A stretch of DNA of 64,000 nucleotides, taken from assembly GCA_040437565.1 (NCBI GenBank), contig JBDOQK010000016.1, forward strand, positions 186,001 through 250,000. Direction: 5' to 3'. Under the pieces are notes generated by a model. It had not been told where the DNA came from, did not search any database, and saw only the letters and a program-made list of their open reading frames with translations. The translations under genes were made by a program, and so were the position numbers. The stretch is from Albugo candida. Its lineage: Eukaryota. Shown piece after piece: positions 22,961 to 36,461 of this stretch (position 1 is its first letter; each line of letters starts with the position of its first letter).

Positions 22961-25900
22961 TCAAAGTGCGTCGAGTTTCCAAAGTCAAAATTGTTGAAAG
23001 CAATCGATGGTAGTCTAAGTTCAATAACATCAGCCGACAATTCCTCTTTATATTGATATGTGTTACTTGTGCAATCACTTTAGTCTTCACGGTACGGTCA
23101 GATCGATAAAGCTTTCGGAACCAAATGAAGAAGAATAACTGGCTCGACCACTCGACAAGCTATCATGGTCGAAATGTGCCTCCGAGTTGATCAATTTGCT
23201 GTCCTGTTCAAATTGCTTGACCCTTAAAGAAACTATTGACTGGAAGCGTGGCGCGACATACGCATCCTGATGGATATAATCCATGGTTCTCCAGGTGTCA
23301 CTCTCGAACTCTGGCATGCGCGCGCTTGCTGATAATTCCATGCTGTTGGGAGCTGTAATCATTGCGCTGCTTCTCGTCACACTGGTACCACTCTTTTGTT
23401 CTAATAGATTCTGCTTCGAATCCATATTCATGGTGGTGTAATCAGTATCCGTTCCCGCTATTTTGTTGCTTGGCATTGAGCGTTTTCTCACTAGCAAACG
23501 TTCACAAAACTTTGACGTTTTGGATTTCTGCTCAGTGTGATGTCTATTTTCATCATGAAATGACGCTGTGTCCGATAATTCATTCTCATCGAGCAACTCC
23601 CGTAGCGCTTGCATTTTCGAACAGCGATTTAGTACCTCTAACGAATCACGCTCTGGTTCGGTGTCATTTCTAACAACGAGACTTGTATCTGTACGTGTAT
23701 CGCAGCGAGGCATGAATGAGTCTGATATAAAGCTCTCGCTAGTCGGATGACGTGCCTGTGTACTAGTTCCATGCATTGACAATAGCTGCATCTGCAGTCT
23801 ATCGATTTCGCGTTGCATCATCTCAATGACCTGAGCTTCGCGATGCTGCTGTGCACGACGTCGTTTTCCGACGAACAAATTGTAAAAAACCTCGTCAATT
23901 TTGAATCGAAAGAGGTGGCGAAATCCTTTATCGCTCTCTTTCCGTACAGATTGACAAGATTTTGGCAGGTACTCGATAGGAAGTACGTGTCGATGTGTGA
24001 CTTGATGAAGTAGCTTTTTATGTGTGGATAATTGCATATATAGTTCACAAATCTCTCGATCTTTTTCCCGTAAAGTTGTCTGTAATCGCTTGACCATCCA
24101 TTTGGTGTTATCATTCGATGTGGAATTTACCAATTGACCATTTTCTTTTCGCACCAATGCAACTCCGCAACACGTGTGCTTGTCGCTGTCAACGATATTC
24201 AACGCAGTTTGTATCTGCTGTCGAGATGTATTCTCTCGCAATTCTTTCTGCAAGGTGCTGACTGTGCTTTCGAGTTTCGAGATCGCATTTTGCTGCGATT
24301 GCGCAATTCGAATTAGTACATTTCTCTCATAAGATAAGCTTTCGACATCACAGCTACGCATCGACTGTTGTTCTTNNNNNNNNNNNNNNNNNNNNNNNNN
24401 NNNNNNNNNNNNNNNNNNNNNNNNNNNNNNNNNNNNNNNNNNNNNNNNNNNNNNNNNNNNNNNNNNNNNNNNNNNTCAGTTCTCCAATCTGGATCCCTGC
24501 ATTGCTAGTCTTTGGCTTGTTTATGGGGATGATTGGATCTGTGGCCTTTGGTGTTGGCATCACGTCTCATCCCGTACGTCGTATGGGAGCAATGATGGCG
24601 CAGAAATTGAAACACATGGGTATCATGCAGCGTATAATGTATTCCAAATCGGCTTAATCAAAGTGCGTCGAGTTTCCAAAGTCAAAATTGTTGAAAGCAA
24701 TCGATGGTAGTCTAAGTTCAATAACATCAGCCGACAATTCCTCTTTATATTGATATGTGTTACTTGTGCAATCACTTTAGTCTTCACGGTACGGTCAGAT
24801 CGATAAAGCTTTCGGAACCAAATGAAGAAGAATAACTGGCTCGACCACTCGACAAGCTATCATGGTCGAAATGTGCCTCCGAGTTGATCAATTTGCTGTC
24901 CTGTTCAAATTGCTTGACCCTTAAAGAAACTATTGACTGGAAGCGTGGCGCGACATACGCATCCTGATGGATATAATCCATGGTTCTCCAGGTGTCACTC
25001 TCGAACTCTGGCATGCGCGCGCTTGCTGATAATTCCATGCTGTTGGGAGCTGTAATCATTGCGCTGCTTCTCGTCACACTGGTACCACTCTTTTGTTCTA
25101 ATAGATTCTGCTTCGAATCCATATTCATGGTGGTGTAATCAGTATCCGTTCCCGCTATTTTGTTGCTTGGCATTGAGCGTTTTCTCACTAGCAAACGTTC
25201 ACAAAACTTTGACGTTTTGGATTTCTGCTCAGTGTGATGTCTATTTTCATCATGAAATGACGCTGTGTCCGATAATTCATTCTCATCGAGCAACTCCCGT
25301 AGCGCTTGCATTTTCGAACAGCGATTTAGTACCTCTAACGAATCACGCTCTGGTTCGGTGTCATTTCTAACAACGAGACTTGTATCTGTACGTGTATCGC
25401 AGCGAGGCATGAATGAGTCTGATATAAAGCTCTCGCTAGTCGGATGACGTGCCTGTGTACTAGTTCCATGCATTGACAATAGCTGCATCTGCAGTCTATC
25501 GATTTCGCGTTGCATCATCTCAATGACCTGAGCTTCGCGATGCTGCTGTGCACGACGTCGTTTTCCGACGAACAAATTGTAAAAAACCTCGTCAATTTTG
25601 AATCGAAAGAGGTGGCGAAATCCTTTATCGCTCTCTTTCCGTACAGATTGACAAGATTTTGGCAGGTACTCGATAGGAAGTACGTGTCGATGTGTGACTT
25701 GATGAAGTAGCTTTTTATGTGTGGATAATTGCATATATAGTTCACAAATCTCTCGATCTTTTTCCCGTAAAGTTGTCTGTAATCGCTTGACCATCCATTT
25801 GGTGTTATCATTCGATGTGGAATTTACCAATTGACCATTTTCTTTTCGCACCAATGCAACTCCGCAACACGTGTGCTTGTCGCTGTCAACGATATTCAAC

Positions 25901-26072
25901 GCAGTTTGTATCTGCTGTCGAGATGTATTCTCTCGCAATTCTTTCTGCAAGGTGCTGACTGTGCTTTCGAGTTTCGAGATCGCATTTTGCTGCGATTGCG
26001 CAATTCGAATTAGTACATTTCTCTCATAAGATAAGCTTTCGACATCACAGCTACGCATCGACTGTTGTTCTT
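22779..26072. repeat. 1.6-kb direct duplication (22779-24375 = 24476-26072) flanking a 100-N gap; probable assembly artefact
   Basis: Offset 1697 nt; the translated ORFs of the two copies are identical, and both copies end exactly at the gap edges. Confidence 0.9.
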
Positions 26073-26142
26073 CCTTTTCTTGCGCTGTAGAAGCACTCAA
26101 TGGCGGCAGCATTATGGCCTCATTTTCTATATACATTATCAC
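24784..26142 (-). CDS. Hypothetical coiled-coil protein (about 450 aa); an artefactual partial copy lies at 23087-24375
   Basis: Long intact ORF with heptad-rich segments (ISKLESTVSTLQKEL, LQTTLREKDREICEL, MQREIDRLQMQL). No family recognised and start uncertain. Confidence 0.65.
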   Translation of the reverse strand: MIMYIENEAIMLPPLSASTAQEKEEQQSMRSCDVESLSYERNVLIRIAQSQQNAISKLESTVSTLQKELRENTSRQQIQTALNIVDSDKHTCCGVALVRKENGQLVNSTSNDNTKWMVKRLQTTLREKDREICELYMQLSTHKKLLHQVTHRHVLPIEYLPKSCQSVRKESDKGFRHLFRFKIDEVFYNLFVGKRRRAQQHREAQVIEMMQREIDRLQMQLLSMHGTSTQARHPTSESFISDSFMPRCDTRTDTSLVVRNDTEPERDSLEVLNRCSKMQALRELLDENELSDTASFHDENRHHTEQKSKTSKFCERLLVRKRSMPSNKIAGTDTDYTTMNMDSKQNLLEQKSGTSVTRSSAMITAPNSMELSASARMPEFESDTWRTMDYIHQDAYVAPRFQSIVSLRVKQFEQDSKLINSEAHFDHDSLSSGRASYSSSFGSESFIDLTVP

Positions 26143-27249
26143 TGTACTTTAGTATGACGCACTTTTCTCTTTGCCTTCCAACCACTATCGAGAACAATAA
26201 ATTGTATTCTATGCACTGGCGTAGAAACTTGATAACCCTATGCTATACGATTATAACCAGACACAAACGGGTTGCATTTCAAGGAATGTAAAAAGTATCG
26301 AAGACTAGCGTCTGTATCCAATTCTACCCTAAACAGCTACTTAGAGTGGAGGGAGACATTCGGCGTTTCAATCGAATGCCGAATGCAGCCATTGGCGCGT
26401 CTTGAAGGTCAGTCCTTTTATGATATAAAGGCCATCTTGCCTCGTTTATAAATCTACACGCATTTGTACCGAAATGCACTGAAGCTTGCGACAATACTAC
26501 CCTCTATACTTTTTCACTCCGAATATCTTTCATCAAGCGAGTTCGAATCTCACACCATTGCATCATCTCAGCGAATGATTGCTTTTCACCCATCACGCAA
26601 CAACCGAATAGATCGTTGGATCTAGAAAATTCTCGAATCTGATAACAGCTGATATGATTCGTGGTCAAGGATAAGGTGATGTGCTTCACGTAAGGCTTCC
26701 GATTAAATTCACACGTTTTGATCTCGCTACCCTCAAGCCTGCTCGATAGAATAATCAAGTGTGGACAGTAGGGGATCGTATAACGAGGCGCTTCAATTTC
26801 GAGCGCTTTACTCATTCATCGACACTAAATTAGCCCATATTGACATAGGAGATTCGTCTCAACGCTTATATATCCCATATAAATAATCAGTGATTCTACA
26901 TTGGAATTGGATGGGCTGCATCATCGCACCCTCCTTTTCTTGCTGACTAAGCATTTTTCGATTGTTGTCAGCAATTGTAAATCTTGGAATCCCTTTGCAT
27001 AAAGTGATTGCGCACGTACCGGTGTGACGAGGAGGCCTCCCTTCGAAATTGACAATTTTAGTGCGAATGGCGAAATTGAGTTATGTGACATCAGTAGCTC
27101 TCCGCAAAATCTAAGAGCTAGTGTACCAGGTACTGTACCAGTAATTTGGNNNNNNNNNNNNNNNNNNNNNNNNNNNNNNNNNNNNNNNNNNNNNNNNNNN
27201 NNNNNNNNNNNNNNNNNNNNNNNNNNNNNNNNNNNNNNNNNNNNNNNNN

Positions 27250-30200
27250 CCGAGATCACTCGTTTTCGTCTGCTGTGGACTCTTTCTCGCAATATCGAAC
27301 ATACATGATGGACTACTCCTTACACTATATCAAGATCATATTTGTCTCAGTAATTGGCAATAATAAATTCTTAAAAACAATTTACGGCAAAATGGAAGAG
27401 AATGATCTCGGAACTGTGCCAATTGTCATGAAAATATACAAGAAGAGTCATGCCCATGAACGACTGGAAGACATCCGTCTTCATCTCAAAAAGATCCAGC
27501 GAGTCTTTCGACCGGTACACCGTTATCCGAATGTGATTATGTATCAAGATTTTCAAGTCTCAGCCAAGTATCCGGTCGCGTATCTTGTGCGGCCTTTTGT
27601 AGCAAATAATCTGTACGATCGAATCCATTCCCGACCATTTTTGACCCTGACAGAGAAAGTATGGATTGCTTTTCAGTTACTCAAAGCACTGGTGCAGATT
27701 CACTCGCTAAAAGTGTGTCATGGAGATATCAAGCTTGAGAACTGTATGCTTACGACGTGGAACTGGGTCCTTCTGACTGATTTTGCACCATTCAAGCCCA
27801 CATTGGTACCAGAGAATGATCCAACAGAGTATCATTACTACTTTTGTGCAATTGATAATCCGAGAAGAAGCTGTACTCTCGCTCCTGAGCGATTTTATAC
27901 CACCGAAGGTTACAAAAATAATAAATTGGAGAAACGGGGTATCGACCACGATGATGCTGTTAGTGTCAGTAAAGACGGTCAGGATGTGGCACAAAACCGG
28001 GCAGGAATCAAGAATCTGATAGGTGACTTGACGATTGCGGAAGGGAATAGCAGTGATAGAGAGAGGATGGAAGCATGGATGCTTTCAAATCTGGCCAATT
28101 CAAAAGTCACTTTGGAGGAAGCCGATCGGCATCTGTCAAAAACAAAGTACAGATCAAGGTCAGAGATTGTTGACGAAAAAGATACTTTTAGTAATAGATC
28201 ATCAAAACAAGCTACAAAATCTCAAAAAGGTACTTGATTCCGTCCATTATTTTCTCACTCTGATTCGCTTCTTTAGACGATGAACCCACTGCTTCGAAGA
28301 ACTCAACTTCTTCTCGAATCGACAGTCTCAAGCCAGCGATGGACATTTTCTCCGCCGGATGTGTGATCGCGGAAGTCTTTTTGGGTGGAAAATCACTTTT
28401 TGATTTGACAAGCTTGCTCAAATATCGCCTTTCTGGCGATGTCAGTCCAATCGCAGCTACGTTAGAAAAGATCAAATATCCAGCGCTGGAAAAATTGATA
28501 CTTCACATGATACAGCTAGATTCGCAGGCTCGATGGACAGCTGCACAATACATGGAAAGATTCAAAGACACCGTTTTCCCTCCATATTTTGAGAATTTTC
28601 TATTTAGCTTTTTTTCAGATACTTTATCCCATGCGGGGCGATCATCCGATAGCCGAATATCTATAGTTGCCAAGTACTACAGACAAATGGTGAAAGCATC
28701 GACGGGTTTCGACGATAAAGAGGGAGAAAAGTTCTTCATCTGGCGACTCAAAAATCATGAAAATTACGAGCTTGTAAGCTCTTGGACTGAAGAGGCAGGA
28801 ATAAAGGCAAAGTCTGACTCCGCAGCACTATCTACACCTCGTGTTCCAGGACTGGACATGACAGAAACTAAAAAATGTACCGTGGATAGTGGGCAGCAAT
28901 CGAATACGAAATTGTATCAGCAATACATTTCACAATTGAGGATTGCAAGCTTTCAAGGTCAGCAGGACGGTGGGAAAACGATACTGAAGGCGAATCAATC
29001 GGATACGAGGATAGATTCAATACGGACACAACGCGTAGGAAATGGATCGATTTCTACGCTAAACCCTTTATGGAAAGAAAATGAGACTAACGGAATCATG
29101 ATCACTTTATCTATTATTACATCTTGTCTACGTCATGTTCGACGTACCCATAGCAAGCTCACAGCATTGTTCCTCATCCATGCTTTATCACGCTTTGTGA
29201 CCGACGAAATACGTCTGCAGAGGCTTATACCCTACATACTGGAGTCTATTACGGATAAAAGCGCATTGGTACGAGCACAAGCAATTCGAAGTACTGCATT
29301 TATATTGGATTTGATTACTGTTGTACCTCTTGCCGATGCTTCGGTCTTCACTCAGTACATTTTTCCTACAATAACTCCTTCCATCTCCGACAGCGACATC
29401 TCTGTCCGGATAGCATTCGCGGAATGTCTTCCTTGTATGGCGTCAGTTGCTCGGCGATTTGTAGAAATCACTGAGACGCTGAGGTTCAAAATGCATCAAA
29501 CTTCACAGTCTTCAAAGCCACCGACATCATCGTCATCGGCTGCAACGACGAACGAGTCCAATGCTTTGTATTCTTACCAGTGCGAAAAATTAATCAATCA
29601 GCTTCATCAGCTTGTCTCCAACCTTATGATACAATTGAATCTTTCTGATCGGCCGAATTCTCATTTCGTGAAACGAGCGCTTTTGCTCGATCTCACACGT
29701 CTGAGTGTTTTTTTTGGGCGCAAGAAAACTGTCGATTTTCTCCTTCCTCAACTCATCACATTCACGAACAATCGAAATGGTGAGCTCCGTCGGGCGGTAT
29801 TTGACGGAATCGCTGGCGTCTGCGTATTTGTTGGCAAAATAACGGTTGAGTCGTACATACTTCCGCACCTCCAGCAAGCTCTACACGATACAGAAGAACA
29901 CGTGGTTGTGTCGGCACTGCAGTGTTTACGGTCTCTAGTTCAAATTGGTTTGTTTCATCGGCGTTATAGTGGCATGAAAACCCATCTTTTTAGCGCGTGT
30001 AGTGCATCAATGTGCACGGAATCTCTGATCGATAAAGCATCATCTGCGATTTCTCTGATAAGTCACCCATCTTGGTGGGTACGAGATACTGTCTTCCGAG
30101 TATTGGCAAGTATTGTGATGCAACTGGGTATCATCGATACTGAGATATTCCTAGTTCCTCTTATACGCCCGTACCTGAAAAAACCTCTGGCGCTATCTCA

Positions 30201-33192
30201 TATCGCATTTTCGACCACCCCAAGCAAGTCGATTGCTCAGGCGAATGATGCCGAAAGTATTGTTTTCACCATCCTCCGCGATTGCTGTATGACTTCTTTT
30301 CGACGCAAGTTGTTTGATGGAGGAAATAGCGGAAAAGCTGGGAATGTGGAAGCAAATTCCATCGAGGAAGGCGTTGTGATGAGAGATGAGGTCGGCAAGC
30401 GAAACTTTGCTTCGATAAAGTCTCAACTTGAAGTGGCTGGATCGGCTTTTACCGAAATTGGGTCCCGCATGCAGAGATACCCAGAGAGACGTGAGGTATC
30501 CAACATGGTCGAGCCGCCAATTCCTCTCCGGGTGGACGCGCCAACGTCAAAAAGCGGGAAGATTCGATCCGTGCGAGCAAATGTATATGCATTACGAGTA
30601 CCCGACATGCGATTTGCACTCGTTGTAAATTCACTCGATGGTGCCAAAAGTGATATGACGTTTATCGATCAGTCCAACAGTTTCGCTATCATCGATACTG
30701 GACCACACAAAAAGAATGTGGGTCCCGCTGCTTTGAGTAGGAGTGCAAGTCTAAAGTATCCAGCCTCGATTGATGATATTGTCCAACAGTACGGACTCAA
30801 AATTCCAAGTGTTCCTGCTTCTGTCACATCCAAATCAGTATTTAAAAATGACAAGCGAAGTACGTCGTCATCCCATGAGTATCCTACGCCGAATGTCCAT
30901 TCTGTACCGAGCTTTAGTGACTCAAATGCGTCAAAGTATGGCACAAATTTTCAACGTCCTGAGCTTCCAAATGCATCAGCTCGATTTGACACAAAAGATC
31001 AGGAACCCGCAACCCAATCAAACATAGATCTGGCGATTTTAGAGCCTCATGGATTACTTTTACGGCTGAAAGCACTGCAGATACCTTGCTTGCCCCCTGA
31101 TTTTGGTGCACTGCAAGCTTCGAACGGCTCCGGGAAGCACTACTCTATGTATGCAGATTACAACAGCGCGTTCAGTATATTCCAACCAGCTCAACTCAAT
31201 CTCTCTAGAAAGGACAAGTGTGTCCGCAGCCTGGATGGAATTGGTGCTAATGGCAGTGAAGGTGTTCTGGCCTCGCTCGACGAAGATGTTGAGGCGACAA
31301 ATGCGCGACTACAAGCAACTTCGTTCGTTCGACCGGCTTCTGAGTTTATCTTGGATACGGAAAAACTCACCTCTGAAGAGCATATATGGCGTCCGCGAAA
31401 GAATGTGCTCGTGGCGGAGTTTTCTGAGCATACTGATCCGGTCATTCGCATCAAAGCCGCCCAAGATAGCTCTTTTCTGGCATCAGCTTCTCTTGATGGT
31501 ACAGTCAAGATCTGGTCATTGAATTCGCTTCATGACAAAAAGAAACACAAGTCGAGAGCCGCTTTTGACATTCAGGACGGAATGCTCACAGATATGTTGG
31601 TGCTCGATAATTCTCATTCAGTGATTTGCTCTTCGCTAACTGGGAATCTCCAAGTGTTTCGCATTGAAAGGGTGAGTAAGAATCGATTCCACGCAGACCA
31701 AAAGCGTTTCGCTTCTTACGACGTCACAATCGTGAGTGAGATCAAAGCACAAGCTGATCCGATCATGGCGCTTGATTATTTCAATACAATTACCGAAGCC
31801 TTGGTCATTTATGCTACATGGTCCGGGACTATACATGCATGGGATCTTCGTGTTCATCGCGGTGCCTGGACGATCCAGGTGCCATTGCAGCTGGGGTACG
31901 TCACTTGTATGGCACACTCACCCGGACTGATGTGGCTGACAGCTGCAACAAGTAAAGGATTTCTCTGTCTATGGGACTTGCGCTTTCTGGTGCTACTTCG
32001 CGTTTGGAGGCACTCATCTCGACGTCCAATCCATCGTATTCTTGCATGCCCAAAAAAACACAACGGGAAAATGAACGGTGATGCGCTCGCATACATATCG
32101 ACCGAAGATGGATATGTCTCACTATTCGACCTGAATACCGGAAAATGTCACGGAATTTATCGTTCCATGACATCTGAAAGAGTCGAAGGAATAGAAGCAA
32201 TGCGGTCTTCAGTGTTGCACCATATTCCTTTTTCAAGAAAAGGAGGCATTTTGGGCACAAATGGTCTTAAAGATGCGATCGAAGAGATCGACTCGACTTC
32301 TCACTCCAATCAAAATTCAATTGTTCGTTCGATTATTTCTCCGATGACGCATTATGCAAGTGCACAGGAGGCCATTATCACTGGAGGTGACGATGGAAGA
32401 ATTCGTTACTGGGATCTCCAGCACCCTGAAGCCGGATTCACAGTATGTGGCGAAGGTGACTGCAGCTCTATTTATGAAGAAAGCACAGCGATGCAAAATG
32501 AAATAAAGCTTCCGACTTCAACAAAACGGTTTGTTAATCCACGTAAAGTCTCTCAACCATGCGGGGAAGCTTCCTNNNNNNNNNNNNNNNNNNNNNNNNN
32601 NNNNNNNNNNNNNNNNNNNNNNNNNNNNNNNNNNNNNNNNNNNNNNNNNNNNNNNNNNNNNNNNNNNNNNNNNNNAAAAGGAGGCATTTTGGGCACAAAT
32701 GGTCTTAAAGATGCGATCGAAGAGATCGACTCGACTTCTCACTCCAATCAAAATTCAATTGTTCGTTCGATTATTTCTCCGATGACGCATTATGCAAGTG
32801 CACAGGAGGCCATTATCACTGGAGGTGACGATGGAAGAATTCGTTACTGGGATCTCCAGCACCCTGAAGCCGGATTCACAGTATGTGGCGAAGGTGACTG
32901 CAGCTCTATTTATGAAGAAAGCACAGCGATGCAAAATGAAATAAAGCTTCCGACTTCAACAAAACGGTTTGTTAATCCACGTAAAGTCTCTCAACCATGC
33001 GGGGAAGCTTCCTCTCCGCCTGTGACAACGTGTTGGGAGCAGAAGAAAGATATGGAAACACACTCTGATATACAGAGAAAAGGAATAAGCTTGGAGAGCT
33101 CAAACTGCATTATTGACATGGCAATTGTCGATTTTCACGGTCCATTAGTTGCTTCCAGCACTCGCGCCGGTGTGGTGAAATTCTGGAGATAA
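27250..33192 (+). CDS. VPS15: Class III PI3K regulatory subunit VPS15/PIK3R4 (pseudokinase, HEAT, WD40); 5' end lost in the N gap
   Basis: NLYDRIHSRPFL, HGDIKLEN, LTDFAPFKP, APERF, MDIFSAGCVIAE; HEAT motif RLQRLIPY; WD40 region EHTDPV...LASASLDGTVKIW. Intron 28230-28276. Artefactual duplication at gap 32576-32675. Confidence 0.95.
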
Positions 33193-33237
33193 GATCGAGG
33201 CCCGATTCTGTGAGATACGGTACACGATAGTATCAGG

Positions 33238-35559
33238 ATGCAATTTTCGACTGAGAATGCTCAAGCCATTGGACGTATATTGTTGGAAATCGAGTCGCAG
33301 CAGGAAAACGAGCAGTTACCATTTCCGACTAAACCAATTCGCTTATACAAGACACCATGTGACAATTACCTTCGCGTATTAGACACCAATTTGGAGCCAA
33401 TTAGTAGCAAAATGGTATAATGTTCAAATTCTATATAATGATTCCATTGACGAGTATTGTAGCTCGAAGCAATCGATGCTTTTCTAGAGAAAGACTGCAG
33501 TGATTCAAAAGCTAGAAAAAAGGCCAAGATTGCTGTGACAAGCTCGCAAACCGCTGCAATGGTTGAGCTACAGGATGCACTAAATCAGAACCAACTGACT
33601 TGGCTGGAATCGGATCGAATCGAAAACGGCCAAGTTAGACCTATAGAAAATAGACGTAGGGATTTCCAGGGCAATCTGCTTCATTTGATTGATTCAGCGT
33701 GCTCAACGTCTGCGAAATTGCGACTGCATGTCCATCACGATCCAGGAAAGCCCATTTTGACAGGGGAAAAGCACGTGGTTTACTGGCAGCGAAATACAAT
33801 GCGTACCGATGAAACGAATCTAGGTCTCTTAAATGCGTGCTTCTTGGCTAAGGCTTTGGATACTGCTGTTATTGTGATCATTTTATTGCCCCAATCTATT
33901 CTTCTTCCAGTTGAGTGTGCAAAAACAGCAACTGAAGCTTATAGTCGTGCTTCATACGCTGAGTTTGTCAACAACTTGCAAAGCCTTGGGATTGCTGCTT
34001 ATGGGATCACTACAAAATCAATCCGAAGCAAGTCCACGGAGCATCCGGGTCACGATACAATTGGCGGTTTTGAATTATTGAATGTTTTAGCGATGTTCAA
34101 CCCTTGTATGATAATTACGGACGATGCTTTCAATATTGGCTCCATTTTTGAAGTCGAGGCTCTATGTCATCTTATGAGAGAAAATAGCGATAAACTCGCA
34201 TGTCCTTTGTTGGCTGCTGACTCACAAAGCTTTGTGTCACCACGCATTTTGGATCGAGTGACTCGAGGTCAAGAGGCTACTTCATCGGCTGTAGATGGCG
34301 CAATATGCAGCGATAAAGCTCAATTCTCGAGAATACACACAGAACTTTTCACTGAATCTCTCTCGAATGGGCAGATTGAAAAAGATGGATTGAATTCGAT
34401 CATTAAGACTTTGACCCCATCTCGCCAAAGTCAGTGTCAACTTTTGGAGTTGGAGCAAGGACTGGACAAGTTTGACCTGGAGCTTGTCGACTGGTTCATT
34501 GTCAAAGGCTTGGCGTCAAAGGACCCATTCAAACGACTGTACACAGCTTCGGAGGGTATAAACGCATTGGATAGTATCGTTTCTCATCTATCTTCTGGAC
34601 CAACTATTCAAGAAGAGCTCCGAGGTGGTGGTATCATGTCTTTGCAGCCATTTATTCGCCACGGAACTCTCTCGTCAATCTATGTGATGCAACGAGTACT
34701 TTCAATGATCAATTTGGCAAAAGCTCGTGACAATCGCAAACAATTTGCCGCACTGAAAGTTTTACAATCGAGAGCAATGGAGTATTTGGTACGCGACAGA
34801 GATCACGCTTTGTATCTCTCGATGCAACTATCGTCGCGTTTGGTTTCTAGACCCCAACAATATGATTCTCAACTTGAGCCAACTCAACAGTTCAACTTTA
34901 CAACCACAACTCATTCATTAGACCCATCTCAATCATATTTGTGAGTACGCCTATGTCACGTCTTCTACTACCGATTCTTATTCACTTTTGCGTTCAGGGA
35001 TGCATATATTGAGATCTTACCGAAATGGGTCGCTGAGTCGTGTCGGGAAGGAGCGGGTGTGGGTAAAACGATAGAGGCTAGCAAATCACTTTATCCGCTA
35101 GAGTACGAATTGTCCAAGACAGAAGACTCATACTGGAATGACATTCAGGCCTTCCTTTACAATCGTCATTATCAACATCCACTAATGATTTTATATTGGG
35201 GTTACACTATTTTCAAGTCCAGCTCATCATTTCTGGAAGCATTGATGGTAAGACCATCTGACTTCCACACGCTCGTTCATGAATCAATGTCTTCTTTTTA
35301 AAAGCTGGTGGAACGTTTGATCACAAAATGCTCCCTTGGAGCGAGCACTTCACCGGATGAGATGTTTTTGCTTTGGATTCGGCTATTCGACATTTCAGGG
35401 ATGGATCAAGATAGAAAAGTATCGCCGTCTCCATCTACAAGTCTACCACAAGAGAAGCCGGTCAAGACAAACAACCAGCATCACGCCGAACTGGAAGCTT
35501 GGGAAGAAAGAATGGTTGAAGAACTCGCAAGACAACCGCATTTATCACTATGCTCTTGA
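33238..35559 (+). CDS. Divergent class II CPD photolyase-like protein, possibly non-catalytic, 4 exons
   Basis: Exons 33238-33414, 33463-34940, 34998-35247 and 35305-35559 join in frame. Motifs collinear with class II photolyases: VVYWQRNTMR..N, SLQPFIRHGTLS, EYLVRDRD, LPKW, KTEDSYWNDIQ, QHPLMILYWG. Confidence 0.7.
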
Positions 35560-35577
35560 TAAAATATGAACATATTC

Positions 35578-36461
35578 TCAGCCTGAATGACCCGCACACG
35601 TCCAGCGTGCCATTGTTCCTTCCTTGTCAATTGATACCGGTTCCAATCCTACAGAAGTCCACCTGCATTGGCACGCGTACGCTGTATAGCCTACAACCAC
35701 AAGTGAAGGATACGATCAACAAAAAAAGCTGCAGGGCACCGAAATATTCGTCCAATTTTGCTTGGAGCTTATACTCATTCGGCATGTGTTCACGAAAAAA
35801 CATATAATCAGCACTCTTGTTCCAAACCCTGCTACGACGAGCTTTTCAGCACCCGCGAACGTACAAGACGCTGTAAAGTATGTATCAGTACCTGTCTTGG
35901 AACTGAATTACGATGAAGTCGCAATCGATACAACGCAAGTTGGAGCATACGCTAGAACGCATTAAAATCATCACTATCAAATATAATCCATTCCTAAATC
36001 AATCTGCGTACCAGGAATTCAAAAAAGCATTGGAATGACCACGTTTCATTCGGCTTCCGCCTAGAGTAAGTCGAGCACACCTGGGAACACTGTCAGTGCT
36101 GTTAATTGTCTTTGTGAGAAGCTTTACTTCTTATTGACAGAGGCTGAGTATGCATTGGCTAACAATGGCAGGACGGCGCTTTGTCTATTGTGAGAGGCAC
36201 GGACGACGGAAACTCCATTGGACAAGGTTGTGGAACCCGAACCAGACACAAAATTCAATAGATCATCAATGCAGCTGTCTGTCTAGAAAGGATCAGAGTT
36301 ATTAAGCTTGGATTCGAGATGAGGAATAGCTCATTCGCCAAGACCTTTGCAGTTTGACCTCTACTTTGGCTTTTTGAGTATTGATCTGCTACCGTTGGAC
36401 CTTGAGCCGGAGAAGACATCGACAAAGTTTCCATATCCGTGACGAAATCATCAAAATTCAT
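35578..36461 (-). CDS. CFAP418: Cilia- and flagella-associated protein 418 (C8orf37 / RMP domain), 6 short exons
   Basis: Spliced translation: MNFDDF...KCARLTLGGS..RG...[37 protein letters not shown]..KL...AYACQCRWTS...WTCAGH. Largely missed by the ORF track. Confidence 0.88.

Noticed and set aside
23087-24361. Second copy of the coiled-coil gene (apparent tandem paralogue)
   Set aside because: Identical to the 24784-26142 copy and truncated exactly at an N gap, so an assembly overlap.
26143-27149. 103-aa ORF 26504-26815 and hairpin CATTCGGC...GCCGAATG near 26357-26385
   Set aside because: No family motif or supporting gene structure; an 8-bp stem alone is not enough to call an RNA.
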